Counted from the stretch's first letter, positions 33,619 through 45,353 are shown. The stretch is DNA of 64,000 bases from Hyaloraphidium curvatum SAG 235-1 (GCA_025558095.1 JAIVFI010000012.1:682001-746000), one strand, 5' to 3'. Notes: generated by a model from the sequence alone, not told the origin. A program made the numbers and translations.

Positions 33619-34602
33619 ATGGCGGAACCTCCGAAGCCCGTTTCCTTTTCCGAGGCGGAGTGGTTGGCCATCTTCCCCGCGTTCCCCACCGTCCCTCCGT
33701 CGCTCTCGGCCGCACCCTCGCCGGCCGACCGCGCCGCCTCGCTGCGCGCCGCCAAACCTCTCACGCCCGGCGCGATGCTCCGCACCTTGAGACGCGCGGA
33801 TCCGCTCCTGGCCGCGTCCCTCACGCAGTTGCCCTGGGCGTCTTGGTCTACTTGATCCCAATCATCGGCCGCTTCTCCACCAACGCCTCCCTGCTTCGCC
33901 TTTCGCAACGGGTCCAGCATCGCGCCATGCGCCTCGCCCTTTCGTCGTTCCTGCAGCGGCTGCGGCGCGCGGCCCTCAAGGGGGACGTCGACATCGACGC
34001 TGCACCGCTGTATATCGAGCTGCAGGATCTGTACGCCTTGGTGTGGCAGCGCCGGATCTCTGCGACTAACGTCGGCACGCCCCAGCTGATCTTTGGCGGG
34101 GTGGCGGTCCTCTGCGCCATCGCAAACGTCGTAGGTCGATCTTGCGCGACCTCTGAGCTGCCCTTTAACCCGGACCCGCCGCAGGCCGTCGGTTCCTGCA
34201 TCCCCTGGTTCTTCATCTGCTACGTCTCCTACTTCATCCTCCTCACCTTCATCGACCTGATCAACTTTTCCGTCTCCAACGGCGCCATCGCCTCGGTCCG
34301 CGACCTCATCCTCGACGCCCGCGCCGAGGTCCGCGCCTGTCTCGCTGAACCGTCCCTCGCGATCGAGGGGAAGCTGACCGAGGGGCAGCGCGCGGCCGTG
34401 GCGCTGCTGAGGGCGCACGACGGGGTCCTGGCGGGCATGGAGGACGCGGACAGGTACAAGGCCAGGTTCCTGGGGTTCCCGATCGATTTCGGGGTCACGA
34501 GTGCTGGTGACGATCATCACCATCGTCATCGGCCTGTGGAGCATCGTCAGGGGGCAAGGTGCCTTCGTAACGCTGGAGATGGCATGCCCGTTGGTCAGAT
34601 GA
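33619..34602 (+). pseudogene. 7TM family member 5, with an internal deletion of TM1-3 and the Cys motif, and a frameshift near 34500
   Basis: The family N-terminus FSEAEWLAIFP jumps to GRFSTNASLLRLSQR. Intron at 34131-34184; KARFLGFPIDFG. Confidence 0.7.
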
Positions 34603-34710
34603 GTTACGTTACGGGGAACGCGAGAGAGTGACTGATTATAGACCAATTGCTTACACAATCGCTTCCGATCCTCATCAATTCCCTACCTCCATCGTTTGGC
34701 GCCTGTTGAT

Positions 34711-35757
34711 CTATGAACGGCGCTTCGTCGTCACAACCTTCTTGCGAGTTGTAGTTTTCTTCCGCGCCGACGTTGTCTTCTTCCTCGCTGTCGTCTTCTT
34801 GTTTCCGCTCTGCACCCGGAGGGGAGAGGTTCCTGTGGGGCTTCTCCGTTGGTGACATCCACGGCGGATACAACCCTTGAGCGCACGCACCCATCCTGCC
34901 GCAGCTCTCAACGTAGCTGCGCGCGGCCGGTCCGAGAATGATGGAGAGCGCCTGGCCCGTGGGGCCGAACGGGCTCTGCCGGCACATCCTTCCATTGAGC
35001 AGCGGAGTGCGGCATCCCGCCGGCACGGGCCGGGTGGCGTTGTTCTGGGACGGGACGTGATCAGCGTCGGCGAGCGGGGGGAGGGAATGCGCGCGGCCGT
35101 GCGCGGCCCGTGACATACGAGGAGCATGCTGGCGGCGACGACGGAGAGCCCGTTCCTGGGAGGCAGGTCGCACGTCTGCGTCGTGTTGGAGAACCAGAGC
35201 TCGTAGTTGAACCCGTTCTGCTTCAGAGCATCCGGCACCGGCCCCGAGTCGATCCCTGTGGGCAGACCAATCCGATCAGGTCCTGTCGAGCAGCCGTGGC
35301 AGTTCCTGTGCGACCCACAGCCGTAGAAGCCGTCGCTGGTGATTGACATTGTGTTTCCAGGCCGGCACCACGTGCGGGTCGGATAGCCGCCCTGCATGAG
35401 CGTCGTGCACTGGGCCGTTGCTTGGGAGGCGGCATAAAAGGATGGGCACGGCCCGGGGCGCACGCCCACGGTCAGCGAGATGCGACCGGGCAGTGGGGAG
35501 GTGCTCGCTTGGGGCGGGGGATTAGCGGTGGTTGTCCAACGGCACGGCCAACGGCCGCGCCACATACCAATGGGAGGCCCGCATTCCGGGCTGCCGGAAA
35601 TGCCGCTCCAGAACGGCTGGTCCAGGTAGATCACGGTGTATATCACGCCGGCGTCGGCGGGGGACGACGATGCGACGAGGACGGCCAGGACGGCCGCTGC
35701 CAGCGCCGCGGCCGTAGTCCGGAGAAGGGGCTTCGGGGGATTGGGAGCGCGGGTCAT
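34711..35757 (-). CDS. Secreted Cys-rich protein with a Lys/Thr-rich tail (spliced)
   Basis: Signal AAALAAAVLAVLVASS, many Cys, and a C-terminal KKTTARKKTT repeat. The exon structure is inferred. Confidence 0.55.
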   Translation of the reverse strand: MTRAPNPPKPLLRTTAAALAAAVLAVLVASSSPADAGVIYTVIYLDQPFWSGISGSPECGPPIGMWRGRWPCRWTTTANPPPQASTSPLPGRISLTVGVRPGPCPSFYAASQATAQCTTLMQGGYPTRTWCRPGNTMSITSDGFYGCGSHRNCHGCSTGPDRIGLPTGIDSGPVPDALKQNGFNYELWFSNTTQTCDLPPRNGLSVVAASMLLVCHGPRTAARIPSPRSPTLITSRPRTTPPGPCRRDAALRCSMEGCAGRARSAPRARRSPSFSDRPRAATLRAAAGWVRALKGCIRRGCHQRRSPTGTSPLRVQSGNKKTTARKKTTSARKKTTTRKKVVTTKRRS

Positions 35758-36100
35758 TCCGTGTCGTTGGCCAGGCAACTGCTTCGGAGCAGTGAGGGCG
35801 GAATGAGCAGGTTCCTCTCCCCGCTTCCAGTGGGCTGGTGGCCGACGAATGTTCCATCTCAATGACGTATGCGTGCATGGGCGACACTACACCGCTATTG
35901 CGCGCGCCTAACATGCGCTAAAGGCCGGACAGCGGATCTTTCGGAGCTCTTAAGGATGGGGAATCAGGCCGGCACGGAGTGGCAGAAGGAGGCGGGGAAG
36001 GCCGCGCTCAACATGGCGGTGAAGGGCGCGTTGAAGCAGGACATACAATGTGGATCAGTTCCCAGCACGGTTCCAATAATGAAATCGTTCCGATAATGTG

Positions 36101-37195
36101 TCACCACCCCATCCCCGCCGCCGGTCCCCTCCCCTTCCACTCGACGCGGGGCGCCGCGGACCAGGCCTCCCGCTCCGCCCTCCCACCGGGGGTTTCCCAC
36201 GCCTCGGCCGAGAGCGGGCCAACGTCCATCACGATCCTCGGGAGCGAACCGCGGGAGAACATAGAGGGCACGAGCACTAGGTCCGAAGAGGCGAGGGACG
36301 GGAGCGGGTCTGTGGCAACCAAGGTGGCCAGTCCCGAAGGGAAGAGCCCGCCGAGCGCGGCGAGCAAAAGCACGTTCGTCGACACCCCGAAGAGGGTGAT
36401 CTTTCGCGTCCCCGCGAACGGTTCCAGGAGCTCCCAGATCCCCGGGCCCGCGGCGTCGGCGCGGAGCACCGCCAGCCTTTCCATCCCCGGCGCCAGACCC
36501 GCCAGCGCAGCCAGCGATTTCCAGTGCACGCATGCGGAGCGGAGCTTCCGCGCCAGGGAGGGCAACTTGGCCAGCTTGGCCCGGGCGGGGTCCAGGAAGA
36601 GCGCGTGCAGGTCGCGCAGGTTCGGGGCGCGGGAGAGGGAGCGCAGCAAAGGGGGGAGGCGGGCGTCGGTGCCCGGCGGGAAGAAGAGGCGGACGGCGAG
36701 GAGAGAGGGGGGGAAGGTAGCGCCGTTGAAGGACGGGACGCCGTCCGGGTGAAGGTCGAGGTCCAGGAAGGCCAGGCGGGCGGCGCTTGGGAGCAGCTTG
36801 ACCAGAGGGGCGCAGGAAGGGGAGTCGGCGCGCAGAGACAATCGACGAATACTCGGCAGGCAATTCTTCAGCAGGGATATGAGGGCCGCGCGGTGCGCCG
36901 GGGAGCGCTGCGCCGGGAGCACGAGCTCGCGGGTGTGGCGCGCGGCCCGCGGCGTCAGGCCAAGGAGAACCTCCGCAGAAAATCTCATGGGCACGACGTC
37001 CAGCGAGCGCAACAGCGCCGGCTCGGCGAGTGCGTGGCACGCTTTGGAGGCCAGCGCGGTCCGCAGCAAGGTCAGGTGGCAGCGCCGCGCCGAGAGGGCG
37101 CACATGACCGCGAAGAGTAGCTCTGGAGGGAGCACCCAACCCGACGGCTCCCCCGCGGGGTCGCACGCCCCGGGCGCGGTCGAGCTGCCCAGCAT
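36101..37195 (-). CDS. F-box-like/LRR protein (start uncertain)
   Basis: LPPELLFAVM...TLLRTALASKACHALAEPALLRSL followed by leucine-rich repeats. Confidence 0.7.
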   Translation of the reverse strand: MLGSSTAPGACDPAGEPSGWVLPPELLFAVMCALSARRCHLTLLRTALASKACHALAEPALLRSLDVVPMRFSAEVLLGLTPRAARHTRELVLPAQRSPAHRAALISLLKNCLPSIRRLSLRADSPSCAPLVKLLPSAARLAFLDLDLHPDGVPSFNGATFPPSLLAVRLFFPPGTDARLPPLLRSLSRAPNLRDLHALFLDPARAKLAKLPSLARKLRSACVHWKSLAALAGLAPGMERLAVLRADAAGPGIWELLEPFAGTRKITLFGVSTNVLLLAALGGLFPSGLATLVATDPLPSLASSDLVLVPSMFSRGSLPRIVMDVGPLSAEAWETPGGRAEREAWSAAPRVEWKGRGPAAGMGW

Positions 37196-37567
37196 AGACC
37201 CGTCCGTGAGATCTAGCGTCGGTTTGTTAGGGGCAGTCCCTTGCCCGCAACCGCCGCCTGACATTGCGACGCGCGATTCCGTGATCTGACGGTCCGCAGC
37301 GGTGCAAACACGAAGATTCAGTAGGCCATCGCCACTTGCGGTACTCCGTAGCGTCGCCGTCTGCCACTGGACGCTGCTATTCGTGGATCTCTGGCCCGCG
37401 ATTGTCTCCCATTGCGGCATTCCGGGTCTCGTCTTCTCGGCCAAGCGATCCCGAATCGCGTCTGGAAGCCCATTATTCAACACCGATTGGATTCGTCTTG
37501 AGCTGTTTTCCGCACCCGTCAAAACCCATTCTCGCACTCGGATCCCTTCCCCGCCTCACTACCGACA

Positions 37568-38410
37568 ATGGCGCCACCTGACACCTCCCTCCGCGTCACC
37601 CTCCTCGGCACCGGCTCGCCCACCGCCTCCCTCGCGCGCTCCCATCCCGCTGCCCTCGTGGAATGGGGCCCGCGCGGATCCGGACACTGCGCGCTGGTGG
37701 ACTGCGGGGACGGCACGGTGCAGCAGCTGCTCAAGGCCGGGGTGAAGCTCAGCACTGTGACGATAATCGGGTTAACTCACATGCACTGGGACCACATTTT
37801 GGGGTACCCTGCATTCGTGTGGGGTAGCTGGCTCGCCGGCAGGCCCAAGCTGAGGACCTACGGCCCGACCGGCACCGAGGAGATGCACCAGCGTTTAGTC
37901 AGGTCGTACTACGCCGACCAGGCAGAATGGGGCATCGATCTCGGGTTCAGAAAGGAAGGGTGGGAGGACATCAAGGTGCTCGACGTGGAAGACGGGTGGA
38001 CGGCGGACCTGGACGGGGGCTGCACGGTCCGCGCGGGGAGGGTCGAGCACCCCCCCATGGCGTCGCTGGGGTACCGCTTCGAGCACGGCGGCAAGTCGAT
38101 CGTCATTTCTGGCGACGTCGCCCGCTGCGACGAGCTCGTGAGGCTTTCACGCGACGCCGACGTGCTCGTCGTCGACGCCTGCGCGGCGCCGCCGCCGGAC
38201 ACCGCGCCACCCCAGCGGCAGAAGCTGATCGAGAAGCTGCACGGGTTCCATGCCAGCCCGCAGGATTGCGTGGACATGGCGCGCGCGGCGGGGGTCAAGC
38301 ACGTGGTGCTGACGCACCACCTGCCCGAGGTGGGGGTGCCGAGCTTCGATGCGGAGGGGTACGAGGGGAAGGTGACCGTGGGCGAGGATTTGATGGTCGT
38401 CGAGGCGTGA
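37568..38410 (+). CDS. MBL-fold metallo-hydrolase (RNase Z/AtsA-like), intronless
   Basis: LLGTGSP, LVDCG, THMHWDH, SGD, H-ASP and LTHH motifs. Confidence 0.9.
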   Translation: MAPPDTSLRVTLLGTGSPTASLARSHPAALVEWGPRGSGHCALVDCGDGTVQQLLKAGVKLSTVTIIGLTHMHWDHILGYPAFVWGSWLAGRPKLRTYGPTGTEEMHQRLVRSYYADQAEWGIDLGFRKEGWEDIKVLDVEDGWTADLDGGCTVRAGRVEHPPMASLGYRFEHGGKSIVISGDVARCDELVRLSRDADVLVVDACAAPPPDTAPPQRQKLIEKLHGFHASPQDCVDMARAAGVKHVVLTHHLPEVGVPSFDAEGYEGKVTVGEDLMVVEA

Positions 38411-38736
38411 TGGAAAATAGGGTTTCCCCCGGTTACGGCTGGAAGACGTACGTGCCGGGAAGCACGCAGCTGTACGAGCTTTAGACGGCGCCGTGGACGA
38501 GGCCATCTGGAGGGGCAAGGAGCGTGAAGGGCATCGGGTCAGGGCTGATTGGGCTGGTTTCACTTCTGGCAATGTTCGTCCGTGACGACTGCAAATGCCC
38601 ACGATGTGGCACCGCGCCTACACGGCCCTGCCTGTCGTGTTGGGCTCCTGTGCGTGAGAAACCAACGACCGCTACCGCCGCCCGACCGTGGTTTGCCTTC
38701 ACGCAACGCCTGACAAAAGATGTCGGGCTGCAACCC

Positions 38737-40406
38737 TCACGCCCCCTTGCCCCCCTTTTCCTCGTCCGCGACGAACTGCAGGTCCACCTGGTCCGACGTC
38801 GCCGCCCGTTCCACCCTCTTCCCGATAATCCAGCACCCTTCAATCCACTCCAGGATGGTCAGGACACTGAAGCCCAGCAGGAGGCCCATCATGCCTCCAA
38901 CGGAACCGAAGTACGTGAGCCTGGCGCGGGAGGAGGTCAGATCGGACGCCGCGTTCCGTGGTCGGGTACCAACGGTGTGTATGCGTGCGTCTCATCAATG
39001 CGCGTGACCATCTGGTCGTTCAGGACCACGCTAAGGATGAAAGTCCCGTCGACTGCCGCAGTGCCATTGATCTGCGCGCCGTTCACCGTCGCGTTGAGCA
39101 TCGCCGCCGTGATGGGTTTGGTCGACGCAGTCTGGGGGAACTCGTACTCCTCGCACGAGGGGAGGGGGCACGCGGCCTTCGCCGCCTCGGGGCCGCAGGC
39201 CTGAAGGAGGGTGCAGTTACTGCCGCTGTATGGGGGCCGGCAAGGGTAGGGGTATTGGGTGAAGTTGCAAGTGCCGTTGAGGTTCTTGCTCGCGCATGAG
39301 CCGGGGAGTTGCTGCGTGCGCCGGGGTCAGCGGAAACGGGTTGCGGTGGGCCAAGGGGAACCTTACAGAGGGAAGATCAGCGCCGTTAGTGGTGTTGATT
39401 GTGGGGTAGCTGCAGGAGCAAGCCTGCTCTATGCAGGATTGCTGGAAGGTCGCAAAGCACCTGGACTGGCCACCGGGTCTGCTGTCGCAGTTGTTGATGA
39501 TCGTGGAACGGGAGATGGAGAATCTCACTCGGGTCGTGACTTGAATGGGAGGCAGTCAGATGCTGCTTGTGCCAACGAAGTGCCCAGAAAACCCACGTTC
39601 GAGGGTGAGGAGGTTGGCAAGCAGCGGCGAGTACTGCTCCTCGGGCTTGCGTATCGCGTAGGTTATCGAGTCGAAGGTCGCTAGGCCCGGGAGGCGGCCC
39701 ACGACAATCATAGAGTAGCCCGGCTGCGTCGCGGCGATGCTTCCGTTCGCAGGCGTCGTGAAGCAGAGCGTGGGGCTCGAGGCAAATGGGTAGTCGATGA
39801 AGCTAAGCTGGCCGTCGGAGCGGCAGCGTTCGCTGCCCGTGACGTAGTCCGAGTTGGCCAGCTGCCGCGGGGTCCGGTTGCCGTAGAAGCATAGGATGCC
39901 CGAGCTGTTGAATAGGTTGACCAGCTGTTCCTCGGGCGATATCCCCGAGACCACGTTGACGAAGGAGCGGACTGAGTCGGGGTCGAGGGTGGAGAGGCAC
40001 ACCGACACGGCGGGGAAGGGGGTGGGCGACACGAACTCCTGGGTGATGAGCGTGCTAGTCGGGTCCGAGACGAGGTACTGAGTCTGCAGCACGAAGTAGG
40101 TGATGAAGAGGGCCACCGCGGCGAGCCAGAGGAGGAGCCAGCACAGGCGGTTGGCGAGAGACCGCTTCCTGTCGAATATTCGCCCTAATTGTCGGCCGTG
40201 AGCGAATGACGCGCAGATTTCGGCATCTTGCGGTGCCCACAGACGCCGTGTGCCGTCGACACGGATGTCACGGCGTAGGTTTCCTCGACCAGGTCGACCT
40301 TCTCCGTCGCCGCCGGCTGCAGAACAGGGCGCTGCGAGACGCCGTTCGTAGCGCCCGCCGCCGCCGCGCCGACCGTCTCCATCTCGGCCGGCGCGCCGTT
40401 GGACAT
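38737..40406 (-). CDS. DEG/ENaC/ASIC (amiloride-sensitive sodium channel) family subunit, spliced
   Basis: STAHGV|WRIF; TM1 CWLLLWLAAVALFITYF; FPAVSVC; Cys-rich CIEQACSC...CPLPSCEEYEF; TM2 FGSVGGMMGLLLGFSVLTILEWIE; stop at 38739-38737. Confidence 0.88.
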
Positions 40407-40749
40407 GGCGGCGGGAGCGGGGCGCGACGTGTTTGGGTTCAGGGTCGCCGGGGATTGCGGTGGGAGGCGGCGGCGCCGCTCCAACCACCCCATTTCCGGG
40501 AAGCGCTTACCAGTGCCTCAGGGCACGGATCACGCGAGGGACGGCAAAATGGGACAATCATGATCATTCTTTGTAGTGTATGTTGCCGCGTGGCTGATCA
40601 GCGTCCCGTGGAGAACACAGGCAGGACATCGCGAGCCAAAAGCGCCTCGCTAGGTCACCTGCGCCTTTGACCGATGACCTGGAGGTGTGGGACGGTCCGA
40701 TTGTGGACTAGATTGGGCGGATCGCACGCGAGAAGGTCAGACGAGTGAA

Positions 40750-41340
40750 TCAGTCTATTCGCACGACCACCCTTGGCATCCTTTTCCAAGTGTCCGCCGC
40801 TGCGGCATCTCCCCCTCTCGACAAGGAGACGTGCACTCGAACGTAAACCTCCAGCGGCTCCAACGCATCCCGCACCTGCTGCATCCACCACACGTCTGCC
40901 GGATTACTTCTCGAAAACGACAGATCGATTCGCCGAAGTGCGGCCAGTCGATTGCACATTTCCAGGAGGTCAACCACGTACGAAGGGTCCGGGAGGACGA
41001 GAATGAGGTTGACAACGGAATCTTGCTTCCTGAGTTCTGAAAATTTGTTTCGGTAACGGTCACGTTCCGCATCTTCGTTCAGGGTTCGCCAGTGAAGCTC
41101 CAGAGAAATCACAACTGGCCGAAGGTTCTGCAGCTTCAGGACACCAATGCCATCCCCGTCAGACGCCCCAAGCGCAATTGTACGGAGCTTCGACGTCGCA
41201 GTCGGGAAGGGCGCGAGACTCGAAGGCTTGATGGGGCGCCAGGTCGGCCATTCTTGCAGCTTCGTCGACTTGTCCAGGAGTGACAGCAGACATTGTCCCA
41301 AAGACCTTCAATGCCCGGATTATAGAGGTCGACTCCCGGT
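40750..41340 (-). pseudogene. C-terminal fragment of an F-box/LRR gene, paralogous to 53741-54898
   Basis: LAPFPTATSKLR vs LEPFPAATSKLR and WKRMPRV vs WKAMPRV. No F-box N-terminus was found. Confidence 0.6.
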
Positions 41341-41614
41341 CCCTTGAGGAGGGTGAACGATCCCAGACCGGCAGGCGATCGTTGCCCAACGGGCCGGTGT
41401 GTGTGGGAGAACCCGACGACGGCGATCGGGGCAACAATGGGGGCGCAGACGACGACAGTGGCTCGGACTACGGCAACTTCGACTCCGCTGACGACGGTCA
41501 CGGCGGTTTCGTGGGGCCCTACCGCCGCAACCACCGTACCCGGGACGAGGGCTGAGCATACGTTGACCTCGGAGGCAATCAGCAAAATCTTTCCATCGCA
41601 GCAGCTGCAGCGCA

Positions 41615-43387
41615 CTACATCCTGCTCCTGCTCTTCAACCCCGCCCGCATCCGCCCCTCCCGCCCATTCTCGCGATCCCCGTCCCCCTCCTCCCCCTCCC
41701 GCGTCCACCGCGCCTCATCGTGGCCGTTCTTCCTCGTCGACCACCTCCAGGCTCCACACACCACCTGCCCGCCCTCCGCGACGAACCCGAACGGCGGCCT
41801 GAGGAACCCCAGCTTCCCCCTCGCGCACCGCCCGTGCGTGCCCCACCACCCCGGGTTCGCCGCACAGAGCTCATCCACCTGCGGCGCGAGGTGCGAGAGG
41901 AGCACGGGGGCGAGCGAAGCGACGTCCATCCCCGGATCCGAGAGCTGCGCCGGGATCCCGACGCCGGTGCTTCCCTCCTGCATGCCGAAAGAGAGCACGT
42001 AGAACGCCGTCTGGCACAGCGACGTCTCGAGCATCACGTGCTCTCCCCCATCGTTCGTTGCCAGCGCGGCGAGGAGCCCCATCGCGAGCACTTCGCCCGT
42101 CATGAGGTCCAGCACCGTTGTCGGGAGCATCCGCGGCGTCTCCGCACCCGACGGCATCGCCAAACCAGTGAAGCACTGCGCGATCTGCTCCCACCCGCCG
42201 AGGTGGGACAGAGGGCCCGAGGGGCCGAAGCAGTTCTCGGAGAGGTAGTACAGGGGCCTACTCCGCGGGCGGCGACCGGATACAATCATCTCGTTGATGC
42301 GGAAGGCGAGGGCGGGGAAGCCCAGGCCGAGCCTGTCGAGCGCGCCGAGGCGGTACCCCTGGATGATGACGTCCGTCTCGGGGAGGATCTCCTCGAAGAA
42401 CACGCGGCGGTCCGCGTCCTTCTTCAGGTCCAAGAAAGCGGACCGTTTGCCCAGGGAGGTGTCAAGGACGAAGGCGTCGATGTCCGGCACGGTGGGGGAG
42501 GAGAGCTTGAGGACCTCGGCGCCGAGGGAGGCGAGGAGTTTGGAGGCGTGCGGGCCGGCGAGGATGCGGGAGAGGTCGAGGATTTTGAGGCCGGCGAGGG
42601 GTCGGAATGGCGTTGCTGGCGACAAAGGGTTCGCGGAACGAGATCCTTCCGAGCCGGGCACCGCTCCCGCGGGCCCCCCGGACGGCTTAACCGGCAGCGT
42701 GGATCTGACCAGCAATGGCATGGTGCCCAGCAGCCGCCCCTGCTCGGACTGCAGACACTCTTGCCTGGTCCTGACCATCGCCGCGCATGCCTCGTTCGCC
42801 CACAGCCGCTTCTCCGCCTCCTCGGCGGTCCAACCCGTCGCCGCGATCTTTGCCCTCAGAAACACCCGAGCAATTGCCTTGTCCTTCAGGTCCAGCTCGC
42901 GGAACGTCCTTTCGTCTGCCCGCGAGAACCCAAGCACCTCGAGCGTCCTCCTCGCCCCCATCGATTTGTGCAGGAAAACGTGCCTACCGTCCGCGAACGC
43001 GTGCAGGCCCGTCAAAACAGAGCCGTACCCCCCGGCCTTGACGGCTTTGGCGAGGATGCCGGAGTCGAACTCCTCGCCGTCGAGCGTGATGAAGTGGTGG
43101 GAGAAGAGCGAGAGCACCGCGTGGGCGGGTGAGGAGGACGTCCGCGGCATGGATCCCGCGCGCCGTTCGGCGACGAGCGCAGCCAGCGCGGCGGTGGCGA
43201 GGGAGATCGCCGCGGCGGGCTCCGCGAGGCGGAACGGCGACGCGGCGGCGAACGCGGCGAGGAAGTCGCGCGCGGCGGCATCGAGCGGCGCGTCGGCCGC
43301 CGCGAGGGCGCGCTGGGCGGCAGCACCGGAGATGCCGAGTCGGAGCAGCAGCGCGCGGGCCGCCATTCCGGTCTGTTCGGGGTTCAT
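41615..43387 (-). CDS. CoA-transferase family III (CaiB/BaiF-like)
   Basis: PLAGLKILDLSRILAGP, LGAEVLK, GKRSAFLDLK and DVIIQGYRLGALDRLG motifs. Confidence 0.9.
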   Translation of the reverse strand: MNPEQTGMAARALLLRLGISGAAAQRALAAADAPLDAAARDFLAAFAAASPFRLAEPAAAISLATAALAALVAERRAGSMPRTSSSPAHAVLSLFSHHFITLDGEEFDSGILAKAVKAGGYGSVLTGLHAFADGRHVFLHKSMGARRTLEVLGFSRADERTFRELDLKDKAIARVFLRAKIAATGWTAEEAEKRLWANEACAAMVRTRQECLQSEQGRLLGTMPLLVRSTLPVKPSGGPAGAVPGSEGSRSANPLSPATPFRPLAGLKILDLSRILAGPHASKLLASLGAEVLKLSSPTVPDIDAFVLDTSLGKRSAFLDLKKDADRRVFFEEILPETDVIIQGYRLGALDRLGLGFPALAFRINEMIVSGRRPRSRPLYYLSENCFGPSGPLSHLGGWEQIAQCFTGLAMPSGAETPRMLPTTVLDLMTGEVLAMGLLAALATNDGGEHVMLETSLCQTAFYVLSFGMQEGSTGVGIPAQLSDPGMDVASLAPVLLSHLAPQVDELCAANPGWWGTHGRCARGKLGFLRPPFGFVAEGGQVVCGAWRWSTRKNGHDEARWTREGEEGDGDRENGREGRMRAGLKSRSRM

Positions 43388-43780
43388 GTTTGCACGCGGG
43401 AGACAGTCGATCGCGGGCACCGTCACGCGTTCCAGCTTGCCTGTGCCGCAGTCTCCAGGCTCCGTCCGCGCAAAGACGTTCCGACGCGTGGAAAGAAGGC
43501 CATGGAATCCGGGAAAGACCCGAACAGCAGCATACGGCGGCCTCGCCTCTCTCCCGCTCGAGCTGCTCGCCGCCGTCGTGCGCCCGTGAGCAACGGCAGC
43601 GTGGCCCCGCTGAAGCGGCGTGGGACCGGCACCTTCGGGAACAACACAGTGCCTCGAAGATGGCCGGACAAACGGACGTAGACTGCAAGAGACAATCAAC
43701 GACGCTATGGAGCGCAGCCCATGCAATTGTGGCGCACGCAGCCCCCTTCGCCTGCCTTTGCGTCAGGCACATCGATCGAC

Positions 43781-45195
43781 ATGTCCGGGACGGGGACAAG
43801 CAACGAGCAAAACGAGCCCCCGATGGAGGGCGAATCCTCCCTTTTGGCGGGATTGGCGCTCGCAGTTTGCGGCGGCGTTTTCGCCGGCCTGGGCGCTGCG
43901 CTGCCAGCAGGTGTGCTCGCGCTGGGCGCAGGGGCGTTGCTTCAGCGTTCCAAGCGCGGGGCATTGGGGGAGAGCGCGCGGGAAGACGCGCCGAAGCGCG
44001 CTCGGCACGATGAGCCTAAATCACAGGTGAACGCGGCGGCGCCGCACGCTCCCGCGACGGTGATAGACTTGGACACTGCACCGGCACCGGCACCAAAGGC
44101 GTCGTCTACAATGCTGGTCATCGATCTCACCGACGATGCACCTGTGGCAGTGTCTCCAGCTGCGGGACCCATGGCAGGAAAGCCTGTCGTCTTGCGCGCA
44201 GACACCGACTACTTGCTGGAGGAGAAGGACGTGGACATCGACCACAAGGCAATAATCGGGGAAGGCGGCTTCGGGCAAGTTTTTCGGGGAAAGCTGCACG
44301 GAATCACGGATGTCGCGGTGAAGAAGTGCCGGACATGGAGGGCCCATGGTGAGGCGAGGGACTACTTCCGGGACGAACTGCTCGCGTGGGCAAGGATGCC
44401 GCCTCGCCCGAATGGTTCGTCCGGCCGACCGACCCGTACCCTTCCCACTAAACCATTCCTTATCAGTGGTCCCCTTGCTTGGGTATCACCTCAACCCCGA
44501 CTTCCTGGTTACGCGTTACTACCCTCATTGCAACCTAAAGAAGTACCTCGCGGGCAAAGGATGGCCTGTACGTGAATCTCTCAAGCTCCTCCACGACGCC
44601 GCAAAGGGCATGGTGTTTATCCACGCCTCTCACATCGTCCACTCCGACCTCAAAGCCGAGAACGTGCTTGTCGACGTCGACAGCGGCGATCATGCCACAG
44701 CGTTGGTGACGGACTTCGGCCTGGCCAAGCGACGCGTCAAATTCGAGAGCGGCGAGAGCCGCTACGAAGGCGCCCGCGGATTCTCTCTTCACTTTGCGGC
44801 GCCAGAGCTGCTCACACCACGGGGCGCCACGAAACCTTCCTCCGACGTGTGGTCGTTCGGCATGATGTGCTACCAGGTCCTCATGTGTGGCGCCTTGCCG
44901 TACGCCAATAGGGGGACAGACCACGTGGTAAGGCATCGCTCGATCCCGCCCAGTTCTTTTCGTCGCATCTCAACCACCGCCCCAGATCCGTTATGCCATC
45001 TCCAGAGGGGAGCATCCGACCCTAGAAAGTGCATTCAGGATTCCGCCAGCGCTGCGGGAGCTCATGGTGTGCTGCTGGGACTTCACTCCCGAGAGGCGGC
45101 CGACAATGGCGGAAGTTGAGCGGCGACTTTGCCAGATTTGGGAGGACTATGAGGAGGATCGGGATGCCACATTGAGCAGAACTGTATCTAATTGA
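43781..45195 (+). CDS. Protein kinase, TKL-like (spliced)
   Basis: IGEGGFGQV, VAVK, HSDLKAENVL, DFGLAK, APE, DVWSFG and CW..PERRPTM motifs. Confidence 0.9.
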
Positions 45196-45353
45196 CTCCC
45201 GTTGCGTCATGATAGCTCCACGTGCATGCCCCGACGGGCATGGCCTAACAGCGTGCGGAGTTTCTTCGTCAGCTGGCGATTCTCAACTTCCCGCCTCGAT
45301 TTCGACGAACATAAACACCTCCTAGACGCGTCAAAACGGCGTCACTACTGGAG

